A DNA stretch of 64,000 nucleotides from Octopus vulgaris (GCA_951406725.2 OX597815.1:10354001-10418000), one strand, 5' to 3'. Shown: positions 37,405 to 51,071, numbered from the stretch's first letter. Notes: generated from the letters alone by a model not told the origin. Numbers and translations are program-made.

Positions 37405-38147
37405 ATGTCATGAAATTTAGCGATATCTCTTCCTTCTTTGCTACCATTAATTTCATTGTCATTACATGGCGTTCTTGCTCATTCTCTCACAACACGCCGT
37501 TTCATTTCATTTCAATCTTTGCCAATCGTCCATATTTATTTGTCTTCCTTTGTTGTTTTTCTTATAATTATTTTACCTTAGATTATTTCTGTTTTTCCTC
37601 TCATCTTGCTTCCTTTCTTTCCTTCCTTCCTTCCTTTCTTTTCTTCCCGTCTTTTTCCTTCTTCCTTTCATTTATCTCTTTTTACTGTTTCTCTCTCTCC
37701 ATCAATCTTCGTCTTTACCCCACTCACAATTGCAGTTTCCGTTAAGCCATAGAACCAGCAAACTTTATTGAATCTCAAGGCTGTCGGTACGGCGATTCCT
37801 TCCTGTTTTTGTTCCACAGTCGTTGTTGCTGATGTTGTTACTATTGTTGTTCATGTTGTTTAAGGCGTTTATGGTGATCTGTGACAGGGGTTGGGGATTA
37901 CAACGGTAGTAATGATGATAGTGATGATGCTAGGAGCAAATATTGATGGCGTTATGATGAGGATGGTGGTGGTGGTGTTGGCAGCCTTGCTGTTGGTGTT
38001 GGTGGTGTAAGTGGTGAGGGGAAAGAGGACTGGATGCTTAAAATTTATTTCTCCTGAATTGTAAATGCATGTCTACGTGTTTGTTTGTGTGTGTGTGTGT
38101 TTTAGTAAAACTAATGAATGTTTGTTAGTAAAGTTGTGCCCATGTTT

Positions 38148-38510
<363 letters not shown>

Positions 38511-38762
38511 TGTATGCATACGTATGTATTATTTATTGTCTGTGTGATGGCAGTAGCTGTGTAAATTGTGCAGGGACAGATATGAAAGATTCGTGAGTTG
38601 GTGCGTGTTAGACACCGTGACAGTCAGGTGAATAAAGCGAAGACTGACCACACAGATAGTCGATCACTACACGTGATAACGGTCAAGCAATGAATATAGG
38701 AGGGAAGAGGGAATGGCTCGTACGTGGAGAGAATGATGAGACGTTGCTGTTGTTGTTGTTGT

Positions 38763-38799
<37 letters not shown>

Positions 38800-39264
38800 G
38801 ACAGTGGTGGTTGTAGTGGTGGTGTTATGGTGAACGTGATGAGCGTGTTATGGTGAAAGTGAAAGTAGTGATGCTGCTGGTGGTTTTATTGGTGTTTGGT
38901 AGTAATAGGATGGAAGTGGCAGAGGAGATGATGATGAAGATGAGCAGGAAGATGGGGGATGGATGAGGTTGTGGTAATGATGATGGTAATGATGATTATG
39001 TTGGTGGTTGTGGTGTTGGTGTCGGTGGTAGTGGTGATAGTGGTGGTCGTGGAGATGGTGGAGATGGCGGTAAAGTTGTGAGACAAAGAAGACAAATTTC
39101 CTCAAAATTTTATTTAATTTTCCATATATTTTTATCTGGAAAATAAGTTAAAAACAGAACCCATATACTACTTTATCACGTCTGTTTATGTTTGTCTGTT
39201 TGCCTGACAGTCTATTTATCTATTTTATTTTATTTTATTTTATTTTATTTTATTATATTATACT

Positions 39265-39700
39265 ACCTTAAAAGCTGCACTCCGGGCGGACTTCTAAGCT
39301 TGCTCCTGTGGCGGGCAAATTGGGCCTGCGGCCCAAAACTAAAGAGAGAAATAATAAAACATTTATTGGTATCGTATCATCTCAGATTTATACCACAGAG
39401 TATCACATTTGGAGTTTTTTTGTATCAGTGTGACATTTGGGGATCGCTGTAAATTAGCAGTATAAATAATGTTCATGGTTTTACCTTTTGATGTGAGTAT
39501 GAAGAGATTGTTGCCATTTCCAACTCTGGAACAACCGACATAGATCTGACCATGGGAAAAAGCACTGCTGCCTGAGGTGAAGTCCAAACATTTTCAGTGA
39601 TTGTCGTTAACCCTTGTTAATTGATTTTGCAAAACTAACTCTTACTGGAAACTGAAATCTCTTCAATTCAAATGGCATGCCTGCTGGAATCGGTGGATGG
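39265..39700 (-). pseudogene. Helitron PIF1-type helicase C-terminal remnant and probable 3' end
   Basis: IPAGMPFELKRFQFPVRVSFAKSINKG*RQSL...FSHGQIYVGCSRVG..NNLFIL..KGKTMNIIY (helicase motifs V/VI); GC-rich block at ~39275-39335. Confidence 0.85.
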
Positions 39701-40250
39701 AAGAAGCTATAACTGAAGACTGCCGAAAGAAAAAGATGGGTCCATGCATGGCATGGATAAAATTTCGGAAGGCTTTTGTCAGTATTCTCCGCATATGGAC
39801 CTTGGAAACTAACCATGAGCAAGGTAGCATCCACAGCAATAGGATACATAATACATTTCATGAGTAAATGACAAGCAGCTCTGCAGCTACAAACATAAGA
39901 GAGACTTATAAAACTAAACCCATCTCCATTCAAGGTGACTCTTTTTCTCCACCATTTTTCTGCCCTTAACCGACATACTGAACACAAAAGGATGGTGTTA
40001 GTTTTGCAGCGATTTACATCAGGCGAGGAAGACAACGCTGGAATTTGAATTAAATAACTATAAAATGCAGTGGAGGTGACTTTGTGGTGTTTCATCAACG
40101 AAACAGAGTGTGGTTTCCAGATCTTAGAATGACCAAAGAAGACAGATTTTTCAGATAGGCATGATAGTTTAAAACTTGAGTAAATATCCATAGACGAATT
40201 AAACAGAAAATACTATTAGTAAAGTAAGCGTTTTCTTACTTTAACAAAGT
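39700..40250 (+). pseudogene. Decayed R4/NeSL-type reverse transcriptase fragment
   Basis: EAITEDCRKKKMGPCMAWIKFRKAFVSI (MAWIDxxKAFDS-like) and QGDSFSP. Confidence 0.7.
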
Positions 40251-40971
40251 GGATGTTACCATACTTGATGTAGTAAGCAAGTTGAATTAGGTAAATATAA
40301 AAGAAATTCAAAATGGTAAGGTAGTACTAGCTTAGTAGTTAAGCCAAATGGTTTTATAAGTGATGTAAAAGACCAGAATTTGCATACACTTAACTAGCTT
40401 TTATTAACACTAAAAGAAGGAAGAGCAGCGCATATGAACCCTTTATTTGTTTAGAACTTCCAAAATTAGTAGGAAATAGGGAAGAAGTTATCCTTTAAGT
40501 GGAGACCTGGCCCAAAATCCTAGCAAAAGACTGGATTTCGCGAAAAGTATCCAATGATTTGGTATATCATTTTAAACCTGGTGATCAATTCGGCCGACAA
40601 CCCAAGAATTCAGAGTGCTAAAACCGGAACAAATTATGTATAGCATCTCGCCCGGCGATCATTTACAATTCTACCAATCTCCTAGCATATACTGGGAATT
40701 TATTTAATCGACTTCTGTGGTATTTGAGCTGAGAGCGCAGAGAGCTGGAACAAATATCGCAAGGGACCTTGTGCTATATTCTAACGACTCTGAGAATCAA
40801 CCATCTAACTATGAATATGACCAACCAATGTAGCAAATATAGATTATTTAGTGAACAGTAAGAAAAATTGACTACTTTGTCATGAATAGTCCTGACTTTA
40901 CTACGTTATGCTACAATTAATAAGTATGACCGATTAAATAGATTATTCACAGAACAATGTGTTAAACATTC

Positions 40972-41189
40972 TACCAATATTTTCCTAATCAACTGCAGCG
41001 GGAAGAGATCTTGACAGATTTTGCTGGTATTATAAACGCAACGGTAATTGCATAGAACGTAGTTTTGGAATAAAGGATAAATTTAAAACTAAATCTCTCG
41101 GTGAGATCTTAGTGTTTGTAAAGGCAGTGTCCCAGCATGGCCTCAACCTCTGGCTGAAATCAGTAAAAGATAAACGAAAAAGCTATTAA
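40972..41189 (+). repeat. ~220-bp direct copy of 42963-43181
   Basis: Near-identical sequence including a SINE-A-like tail fragment. Confidence 0.9.
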
Positions 41190-41462
41190 ATTTCCACTTT
41201 TTTCTTATTTTTATTTTCCTAAAATTTTCGTTGTGTCTTGCAACCTTTTCAATAGTTTTGAGAGTCAAAACTATTGAAAAGGTTGCAAGAAGCAACGAAA
41301 ATTTAGGACAATAAAAATAAGAAAAAAAAGGTGGACATTTTATCGGTGAGTGTGTTACATAATAAGGCACAAAAAGAAAATGACTCTCCCCAGACACAAT
41401 AGAATATGCTTCAACACACGAATTCATATAAAGAATCTTGCAAACCAAATCCAAAAACGAAA
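41188..41462. mobile_element. Penelope-like fold-back end
   Basis: Arm 41188-41260 pairs with 41266-41340 around a 5-nt loop; same family as 5967-6555. Confidence 0.65.
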
Positions 41463-41861
41463 TGTGTTAAACACTTCGATCAGTATAGACAAAAGCCTCT
41501 ATAAATATTGACTGAAAACAAACAAATCCCGGAAAGAGAAGTAAAAAGAAAATCTTACAAAGCAATGAGTTCTAGACATTGAAGTTAAAAAGGGGCTGCT
41601 CTCTTTATCGACATATAAATCACTTATGAGAAGAAAATTGATTGGAAGGAAGTTGAGAAAGTTTCAAAGTAATTAAATTTAGAAACATTGGTAAAAGGTA
41701 TTCAGGGAGGAGTAATGGAAAGAATTAAGGTTAAACTAACATAGATGAAAATCATAAATATCATATACATCGATACACACTGCAGATAGCTGCATTACTA
41801 AGTGCAGCATTAATTGTATGTACAGTTCTCTTCTTCTCCTTAGACTGGATATATATATATA

Positions 41862-42270
41862 GTTGGCAGAAACGTTAGCACGCCGGGCGAAAGGCTTAGC
41901 GATATTTCGTCTGCCGTTACGTTCTGAGTTCAAATTCCGCCGTGGTCGACTTTGCCTTTCATCCTAACGGGGTCGATAAATAAAAATACCAGTTTCGCAC
42001 TGGGGTCGATATAATCGACTTAATCCCTTTGTCTATCTTTGTTTGTCCTCTCTGTGTTTAGCCCCTTGTGGATAGTAAAGAAATAGGTATTTCGTCTGTC
42101 GTTACGTTCTGAGTTCAAATTCCGCCGAGGTCGACTTTACCTTTCATCCTTTCGGGGTCGATAAATAAAAGTACCAGTTTCGCACTGGGGTCGATGTAAT
42201 CGACTTAATCCCTTTGTCTGTCCTTGTTTGTCCCCTCTATGTTTAGCCCCTTGTGGGCAATAAAGAAATA
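41862..42270 (+). mobile_element. SINE-C with one clipped head and two tandem units
   Basis: AAAGAAATAGGTATTTCGTC junction at ~42077-42096; (TA)n on both flanks. Confidence 0.9.
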
Positions 42271-43280
42271 TATATATATATAACGTTATAAACGCACTCT
42301 TAACGAACACACATACACAAACAAACACGTATATTCACATTTACACGCAGAGACATACACATGAATACTGCATACAGACATTTACATATCGGATACACAC
42401 ATGCAGGCAGAGTTATACATGGACATGCACACACGCATACATGCATGCATAGACAAATAGAGACATACCGAAAAGCAAACACTAAAATCATATATCACCT
42501 GAAGATTAGATTTGAAGGTTGAGTTTGTTGCTGCAGGAGAAAAACGATGTGGTTAGTTGAGATTTTCAGGTTAGACTAATTTGGTCAGCTCTAGATATTG
42601 ATTATGGAAACTACCGATGTAATAAAATCATTATTCATGCTGCCAAAGACTGGAACGTTGCCAAACTATGAAAGCTATTCTTGCAGCTTTCCTTTCATCT
42701 TCTTGTCTTCTTGAATGCACAAAAGTTAATTATACGGTGAGGAGAACGATTTATCGCTGCACTGTTAAAACGATCTGTTGGAATTTCTAGAAGAATTTTA
42801 AAACACATTTCGATAATCTTCAAACATTCCATCGGATATTTTCAAAGAGCAAATATTCCTATGGGAATTCATCGCACCTGTTTTATTGCTATATCTTATA
42901 GAACTGTTGGAAATATTAAAGAGTTAGATCATAAATATTACAAGAAAAGTTGCTTGTATATTTACCAATATTTTCCTAATCAACAGCGGCGGGAAGAGAT
43001 CTTGGCAGATTTTGCTGGTATTATAAGGGCAACGGTAATTGCATAGAACGTAGTTTTGGAATAAAGGATAAATTTAAAACTAAACCTCTCGGTGAGATCT
43101 TTGTGTTTGTAAAGGCAGTGTCCCAGCATGGCCTCAACCTCTGGCTGAAATCAGTAAAAGATAAAAGAAAAAAGCTATTAATTTGCAATAGATATTAATT
43201 TGAAAAAGCTATTAATTTGCATGTATGTGTTGCGAAAATATAAAGTCAGATAATTTTTGCTGCAAATATTTTATAGATAA

Positions 43281-43678
43281 CTAGCAGTATCGCCCGGCGT
43301 TGCTCGGGTTTGTAAGGGAAATAACTATATAAGCATTTTTAGAGAGTTGTAGCCAAAAAATAGCAAAAAAATGCATTAAAAATGGAAAAAAATTGATGGT
43401 AAATTTTTTTAAAAATCGTTGACTCATCGTAGACATTTTTAGAGAGTTACTTCCCTTATATAATAGCGAATAAATGCATAAAAATGGAAAAAAATGATGG
43501 TAATTTTTTTTTTAAATCGTAGACTCATCGTAGACGCGCGCTAATACCCAGAAGGGCTCGATATGAATCACGACTATAAGATACCCGGTTTTGGTTAAAC
43601 TGCACCGCAAAATGTGGGAGTAGTTAGGAATCTAAATCGTAGGAGACAGACACACAACTTCACTTTTATATATAAAGA
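43281..43678 (-). mobile_element. Non-autonomous Helitron, copy 3
   Basis: A|TC...hairpin...CTAG|T on the minus strand. Confidence 0.9.
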
Positions 43679-44720
43679 TGTACAGAGATATTTTCTTCTA
43701 ATGAGAGGGTTTGTGTTGCAACGTTAAATGCATGGAGACAGATACATAGTTATCGGAAAAATTAAGTTAAACATATCCATACTTACTGACGGAATTCCAT
43801 CGAGGCTATGCTGAGGGGGGAAGTTAACTGATATCAAAGTAGAATGCCATACGTGCAACATAACTGATGCATAATTGCTGTTAAAGTAAAATGTCCGAAG
43901 GAGAGATAGACTGGCCTGAGACGAGGAAATGGTGTCAAGTCGAGAAAAAAATAATAGATTCTACTGTGCGTTTACTGTTCAACAGTCTACAAGATTCTGA
44001 TTAGTCAAAACAGCGCACGTGACAAGGGAAAATCAAAACACCAGCAGTCTAAATGGGGTGCATACAGAACAAAATAATATGCATAGTTATAGAAGCTAAA
44101 TTATGTAAATGATTTTTTAAAAAATCATTTCAGTTCGATGAATATACTTTTCTCATTGGAGTACTTTTTGCATATTATTTAGAGAGAAGTGGGAGCAGCA
44201 CCTCTGATCTCATTACCAGATCTTCTGGAAATAGTGGAAGGAAGGAAGGAGGTTAACCTTAGAGACATGACTGGCGGCACTAAAAGTATTTTCAGACAGG
44301 TAGTTATATTAAACGAGGTAAAAGTATATGTCAACTAATATATATGTGTCAGACGTGAAAAAACTTTTCTAATCATCAATTACTTGAACAAAATTTCTTA
44401 GTCAATAAAATTAATTGTTTACTCAGTTTTATGCAAGTTGTATGAATCATCGTTTTCCGTGTTTTCAGAATTAAACTAGTTGACAAATATTCTGAGTGGA
44501 GTCAAATGTACCATTAAAGAGTAATTAAAATTCAAAAACAATTAAAGTAGATTCCGAAGGACTGACGTTGAACGAACCGTTTGTTAAGCGATACTCAGAC
44601 AATTAAAAATTTCTAAAGCTAAAAAGTTTCAAGATAAAATAAAACAAAACTTTGACAACGCATAATGCTAATTGATTAGAAAAAAAAATGGCATGTCATT
44701 CGTTAATACGGACAAAGATA

Positions 44721-45110
44721 TCTTTATATATAAAAGAGAGGTTGTGTGCTGTCTGTCTCCTATGATTTAGATTCCTAACTACTCCCACATTTTGCGGTGC
44801 AGTTTATCCAAAACCGGGTATCTTATAGTCGTGATTCATATCGAGCCCTTCTGGGTATTAGCGCGCGTCTACGATGAGTCTACGATTTAAAAAAAAATTG
44901 ACCATAATTTTTTTCCATTTTAATGCATTTTTTCGCTATAATATAAGGGAAGTAACTCTCTAAAAATGTCTACGATGAGTCAACGATTAAAAAAAAAAAT
45001 TTTTCCCATTTTTAATGCATTTTTTTGCTATCTGTTGGCTATAACTCTCTAAAAATGCTTATATAGTTATTTCCCTTACAAACCCGAGCAACGCCGGGCG
45101 ATACTGCTAG
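44721..45110 (+). mobile_element. Non-autonomous Helitron, copy 4
   Basis: A|TC at 44721, hairpin, CTAG|T at 45110. Confidence 0.9.
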
Positions 45111-45713
45111 TCGTATATACATATTCACAAAAACGTCATATTCACGTATATTTATGTGTGAATGTGTGTGTGTATATGTGTATATCTTTATATGTATGCC
45201 TATAACAGAACAAATAGCGAGAGATTATCAATTCGGGCAAAATACTTCATAAGCTCTCTGTTGGCACACCAGGGTAACAATGCTATTTAGATTAGTATTA
45301 GAAGAACTCAGGTAATCTTTTGGTAGTATCCAGTTTTATATTGTAAATCTGTGAATGGGCCCTGACCAATTGATTTTTACGGAGGGTGATAAATAAGAAA
45401 CAAATTAAAAATAATGGTCATTACATATTTTTCCTTTATCGGAGCAAATTTGGTTTATAGCTGTTTCCAATAGTCCTTATAGGTACATTACCGATAGGTT
45501 TGCCCAATGGTCTATTGGTGAGTTGAGAAAAATTGAACGACCTAAGAAAATTAATGCTACTTTCGTCAGAACCATTTCTGGTTATCTATGCATATATATA
45601 TATATATATATTTATAGACTTCTGTATATCTATGTTCAAATATACATGTATATATATATGTATATACATGCATATATATAGTGCATATATAATATACATA
45701 ATATATTTTTTAT

Positions 45714-45744
<31 letters not shown>

Positions 45745-45862
45745 CCTCGAACGACACAAGAGTAAAAAAGGAGACAGAGACCAGCAGAAACAAGGAAAAT
45801 ACCCCTTGCATTTGAATACAATAGAAATATTAAAAAAAAAGTTATCATTTTATTTTTCCACA

Positions 45863-45951
<89 letters not shown>

Positions 45952-45952
<1 letters not shown>

Positions 45953-46339
45953 TAGCTTTTAATTGTTTCAGTCATTAGACTCTGGCCATGCTGGGGCATC
46001 GCCTTGAAGAATTTTTAGTCGAACCTATCGACCCTAGTAATTATGTTTTTTTAAAATCTGGTACTTATTCTATCGGTTTCTTTTGCCGAACTACTATGTT
46101 ACGGGGACGTAAACATACCAACACTAGTTTCAAGCGGTGGTGGGAATAAACATAAGCACAAAGATACACGGCACGCGCGCGCACACCCATGTATAGATAT
46201 AGATACAACGGGCTTCTTTCAGTTTCAATCTATCGAATCCACTGGCAAGGCTTTGGTCGGCCCGAGTCTATAGTTGAAAACGTTTGCCCAAGGTGCCACG
46301 CAATGGGACTGAACCTGAGATCAGGTGGTTGGGAAGCAA
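45952..46339 (-). mobile_element. SINE-A, head clipped
   Basis: Family motifs throughout; abuts the RTE remnant. Confidence 0.8.
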
Positions 46340-47222
46340 ACACCGAAAGTATTAAACTAGAAACCGGTGAACTAGAGGATGTAGCCGAGTTCACGTATTT
46401 CGGTAGTAAGATAAGGTTTTCAGGCGGCACCGACGGAGATATTAAGACGAGAATAAGTAAGGCAAGGACCGCTTTTCACCTTTAAAAAAAAAGTATGGAG
46501 CGCAAGTGTAATTTCAATAAAGAACAAAATAAGAATTTTTAACACTAACGTAAAAGTGGTGTTATTGTATGGGACTGAGACATGGCGAACAACAGTTAAG
46601 TCAAATAAGCAAATACAATCATTCATCAACAGATGCTTGCGTAGTATACTTAAAATTAGATGGCCCCAACACATAAGCAATATGGATCTATGGCAAAGAA
46701 CAAATCAAGTTTCGATTAGGGAGCAAATATTTAAGAAAAAGTGGAAGTGGATTGGTAGCACAATTAGAAAAGAAACACCAAATGTAGCAAAAAGTGCTTT
46801 AAAGTAGAAACCGGTTGGATATAGAAGGAGAGGTAGGCCTAAGAACTCGTGGCGTAGATCAACACAAAAGGAACTAGAGAAAGGGGGACATTCATGGCAG
46901 AGTATAAGTACAGAAGCGAAAAATTATTTGACTTGGAATTCAACTATAAGTTATTTCTTTACTACCCACAAGGGGCTAAACACAGAGAGGACAAACAAGG
47001 ACAGATAAATGGATTAAGTCGATTACATCGACCCCAGTGCGTAACTGGTACTTAATTTATCGACCCCGAAAGGATGAAAGGCAAAGTCGACCTCGTAGGA
47101 AGTTGAACTCAGAACGTAACGGCAGACAAAATACGGCAACGCATTTCGCCCGGCGTGCTAACGATTCTGCCAACTATAAGTGGCCTATACTCCGCGCTGG
47201 ATGGTTAAAGGCAGAAAAAAAA
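46340..47222 (+). pseudogene. RTE-clade LINE ORF 3' remnant, interrupted by SINE-C
   Basis: LEDVAEFTYFGS...DIKTRISKARTAF...KIRIFNTNVKVVLLYGTETW...FINRCLRSILKIRW...KWKWIG...RRRGRPKNSWRR; resumes after 47172 and ends in an A-rich tail. Confidence 0.9.
46952..47172 (-). mobile_element. SINE-C nested in the RTE remnant
   Basis: TSD CAACTATAAGT on both sides. Confidence 0.9.
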
Positions 47223-47224
47223 GT

Positions 47225-47650
47225 TGCCATGCCAACTCCAAACCGCATGCTTATTGTATTTGTAGACACACGAATGCTTTCATCCAGAAATTTACAAACT
47301 TTCTTAACTAACCTTGCTGTTTTGACGTCTCTCCCACACCTTTCATTGCCTCTCACCTCCACTCTATCGTTCTTGAACCTCTTGAGCTAGCGAAAAACAG
47401 ATGCTCGACTCATACAAATAAATCCATAATCAGTCGGGAGCATTTCATAAGTTTCTGTAGCGTTTTTGACCGATTTAACACGATACTTTATTGCATTGCG
47501 ATCTTCCATATTGCTTCCACGTCCCGACTACATTCTACAAACTATAGTCAGCTGTGACAAGCAGTGTTCAACAGGATGTGTTCATAGTGCTGTTATATCC
47601 GTCTCCTTCATTCTGCGATAAAAGTTGGCAGGCCAGTTTATTAGACGCAT
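47225..47650 (-). pseudogene. mariner transposase N-terminal (HTH) remnant
   Basis: MEDRNAIKYRVK..KNATETYEML...MSRASVFR*LKRFK.DRVEVRGNERCGR...KFLDESIRVS. Confidence 0.8.
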
Positions 47651-47664
47651 AGTAATTTACTCAT

Positions 47665-47747
47665 TTGCTCATTTACTTGTTTCAGTCATTTGACTGTGGC
47701 TATGCTGGAGCACCACCTTTAGTCGAGGTAATCGACCCCAGGAATGC

Positions 47748-47822
<75 letters not shown>

Positions 47823-48151
47823 GATCTATCTATTTATATATCTTTGTAACCCTAGTACTTATTATATCAGTGTATTTTGCCGAACCGCTAAGTTACGGGG
47901 ACGTAAACACACCAGCATCGGTTGTCAAGCGATGTTGGGGGTGGGGGTGGACAAACACAACACACAAACATATATATATACATATATACGACGGGCTTCT
48001 TTCAGTTTCTGTCTACCAAATCCACTCACAAGGCTTTGGTCGGCCCGAAGCTATAGTAGAAGACACTTGCCCAAGATGCCACGCAGTGGGACTGAACCCG
48101 GAACCATGTGGTTCGTAAGCAAGCTACTTACCACACAGCCAGTCCTACGCC
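47665..48151 (-). mobile_element. SINE-A, full length, with internal (TATC)n expansion
   Basis: Family motifs; microsatellite at 47748-47835. Confidence 0.88.
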
Positions 48152-48446
48152 TGATATATTAAAATGACAATAACCTAGGACAGTCATAACTGCCTCTCGT
48201 AAAAAAAGTCTCAAAACTTCTGGGGTGCATCACGTACATTGTAAGTTAACTGTGTTATCGACTTTCATTATCCTTCCTATTTAAAGCAAATTGATGGCTC
48301 TGTTTCAAAGTTATGAAGATTGCGGACACAGCCCAGTGTCTGTTATGAATTCCTCGCCTCCCAGATAATCCACTGGTATATTAATCACTCTGCCACTCAA
48401 CACACAAAATATCCATTTCTTTTTTTTTACTCTAATCTCTAAATTG

Positions 48447-48832
48447 TGGATCTATTCCATCTCAATCACGGATTTTTAAATTAATTTTTTAAAACTAAAT
48501 AATCTGAAACTTCGAATACTGGTAGAATTTCTCAAGTAGAACACGGTTTACTCGGAACGTTTTTGACAAAATTTCGTACTTTAGAAGTTATTTTGTGTTA
48601 AAGTTGTCGTATTCGAGTAATTTCAACCAATCAACGACGTGTATTCGGTCGAAGAAAGAAAGCTACAAATACAACTTTAACACGAAATAACATCTAAAAT
48701 GCGAAATTTTGTCAAAAACGTTCAGAGTAAACCGTGTTCTACGTGAGAAATTCTACCAGTATTCCAAGTTTCAAACTGTTTAGTTAAAAGAAATAATTTT
48801 AAAAAATCTGGGATTGAGATGGAATAGATTCA
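48447..48832. mobile_element. MITE with ~160-bp terminal inverted repeats
   Basis: TGGATCTATTCCATCTCAAT... and ...ATTGAGATGGAATAGATTCA; TTG on both flanks as a possible 3-bp TSD. Confidence 0.85.
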
Positions 48833-49532
48833 TTGTTTAAACATCGAGCTCTCTCCCAGTCCCTCAGGCATTCTTTTTTACACAAACTATTCTCTCTTTT
48901 AAATTCTTTTATTTCTCACAATTTCTTTTTCACACATCTCTCTTCCTTTCTCTCTCTCTTTCTCTCTCTTTCTCTTTCACGCACTCTATCTCTATTTAAA
49001 ATACCCACTCTCATCCTTCCATTCTTTCACTACAGACCAGATAATACAAACACGGTGTTTTAGTCTTTCTCCCTCGATACCACTTCATCCATCGTCCTCT
49101 CCATCTTACACATTTATGACTTGTCGTTTCCCCCACGTAGCAGCGCCCGTTTCCTGAAACTTAGATAAACAAACAACCTAGTCTCTTATCAACCTACCAC
49201 TTAACACCAAAACGCATGTGACGTTGGAGCTGAAATGACCAATGAGATAACTGCAATTAACTTTCTATTACTTTCGCCTCATAACGTTATTAACTCGCTC
49301 GGTCATTGCTCGAGCAAATGCTGTTGTAGGATGTATAAATTCGACTAAAAATGATATACAGAATAAATTATAAAACGATTGTGTTCCAATATAATCACAG
49401 CATCAGAAAATATATTCTCCACCTATCGATGATTTATGTCTGCTGTCACACGTTTAATATAATGTTATAAATAACAGGATTCTGTTTCAATGTCAAGAAT
49501 ATAAGACAAACATACTTTTAATTCCTAAAATA

Positions 49533-49678
49533 CAAACATACATACAAACATACATACATACATACATACATACATACATACATACATACATACATACATA
49601 CATACACACACACATACATACCTACCTACCTACCTACCTACCTACATACATACATACATACATACATACATACATACA

Positions 49679-49709
<31 letters not shown>
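49533..49709. repeat. (CATA)n/(CCTA)n microsatellite
   Basis: Directly visible. Confidence 0.95.
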
Positions 49710-49710
<1 letters not shown>

Positions 49711-50342
49711 GGATGAAAGGCAAAGTCGACTCCGGCGGCATTTGAACTCAGAAGAACATCAAGTCGGAAGAAATGCTGCTAAGCATTTTGTCCGGCGAAG
49801 TAACAATTGTGACACCTCGCCGCATTATGTATGTGTATATATATAATAACAAAATAATAAATAAAACATATGCATATATACCTACATATATGTACATACC
49901 TACATCTATATGTATATATACATGCATATATGGGTACAGGACACCAAAAAAAAAAAACGTAGAACACATGAGAAACGAAAACATAAAAACAAAAACATGG
50001 AAACGAACTTTTTTTCAAACAACGAAAAAACAGAGTACAAGACATACAACACAAGAAATATTCCCCTTCTTCAGTTGCCCCTGTTTTGACTACTCCGTGT
50101 TTCGAAGGTAAGGGCAAGACACGACTGAGGCGGCGATGTGTCAGAATTGTTACTGCGCCAGACAAAATGCTCAGCAGCATTTCTTCCAACTTGACGTTAT
50201 GAGTAGAAATGCCGCCGGAGTGGACTTTGCCTTTCATCCTTGCGGGGTCGATAGAATAAGTACCAGTTGACCACTAGGATCGATGTAATCGATTTAGCAC
50301 CTCCTGCGAGACTGCTGGCCTTGTACCAAAATTTGAATCCAA
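49711..50342. mobile_element. Two divergently oriented SINE-C copies (49711-49823 minus, 50127-50342 plus) around a probable Penelope-like fragment
   Basis: The copies share unusual variants; the spacer resembles 35330-35560. Confidence 0.7.
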
Positions 50343-51071
50343 TGCAATATACATGCATACAATCACACACGCAAACGCATACACACACACACATACACAC
50401 ACACGTGCACATGTTTGAACATGCTGAACTAGCATTATTTACATGCTGTATGAATAAAATTATATCTAACCGTATAACTAACTCGTTTAAATTAGAAATG
50501 ACTTCAGAATATGTATATACCGGTGACACACACGAAAACAAAGCACAATTCAAACAACACGAAAACAGTTTAACGGGCATTAACAACCAAGTAGAGATAT
50601 AACTACAGAACGAAATCCAGTTTAACACAACCAGAGAATTTCTCTCATCTGCTGCCTGACGGTTGTCATCATGGTTTCGACACAGAAGACAGGACCACTA
50701 CTTTTGTTAATGTTAAAAATGACTTAGAAAAAATAAGTCAAGCATTGTTTCGATATTAACGTTGTAGCCGGTTGACAGATCACGGACTTGCATATTACGA
50801 ACATCAACATATATAGCATAATTAAAACATACAAATAATCAAATATATAAAAATGTATGTGTGTGTGTGTGTGTGTGTAGATAGATAGATAAATAGATAA
50901 TTAAATTACGAATTAAAAGCAGCTCTATTAATGTAAATATCGGTCGTACATTCATAGAGTTTGTGTTTTATTTATTTGCCAAATTTGCTGCGGGTTAGCG
51001 TCAAGAAATTTTGTGAAAATTACCTTCAGGCAGAGTGGAACAAAAACAACATGGCCGGAGCAAACGCATAT

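Noticed and set aside
36503-37745. 300-397 aa ORFs, and all YI/HT/CV/IYLS/poly-I/poly-V ORFs elsewhere
   Set aside because: Translations of microsatellites that lack stop codons in some frames.
50061-50110. Permuted (type II) hammerhead: GAAAC...GTA...CTGAAGA on the minus strand, similar at 35495-35536
   Set aside because: Core-like words are present in both copies but I cannot form stem I; worth revisiting only with a family consensus.
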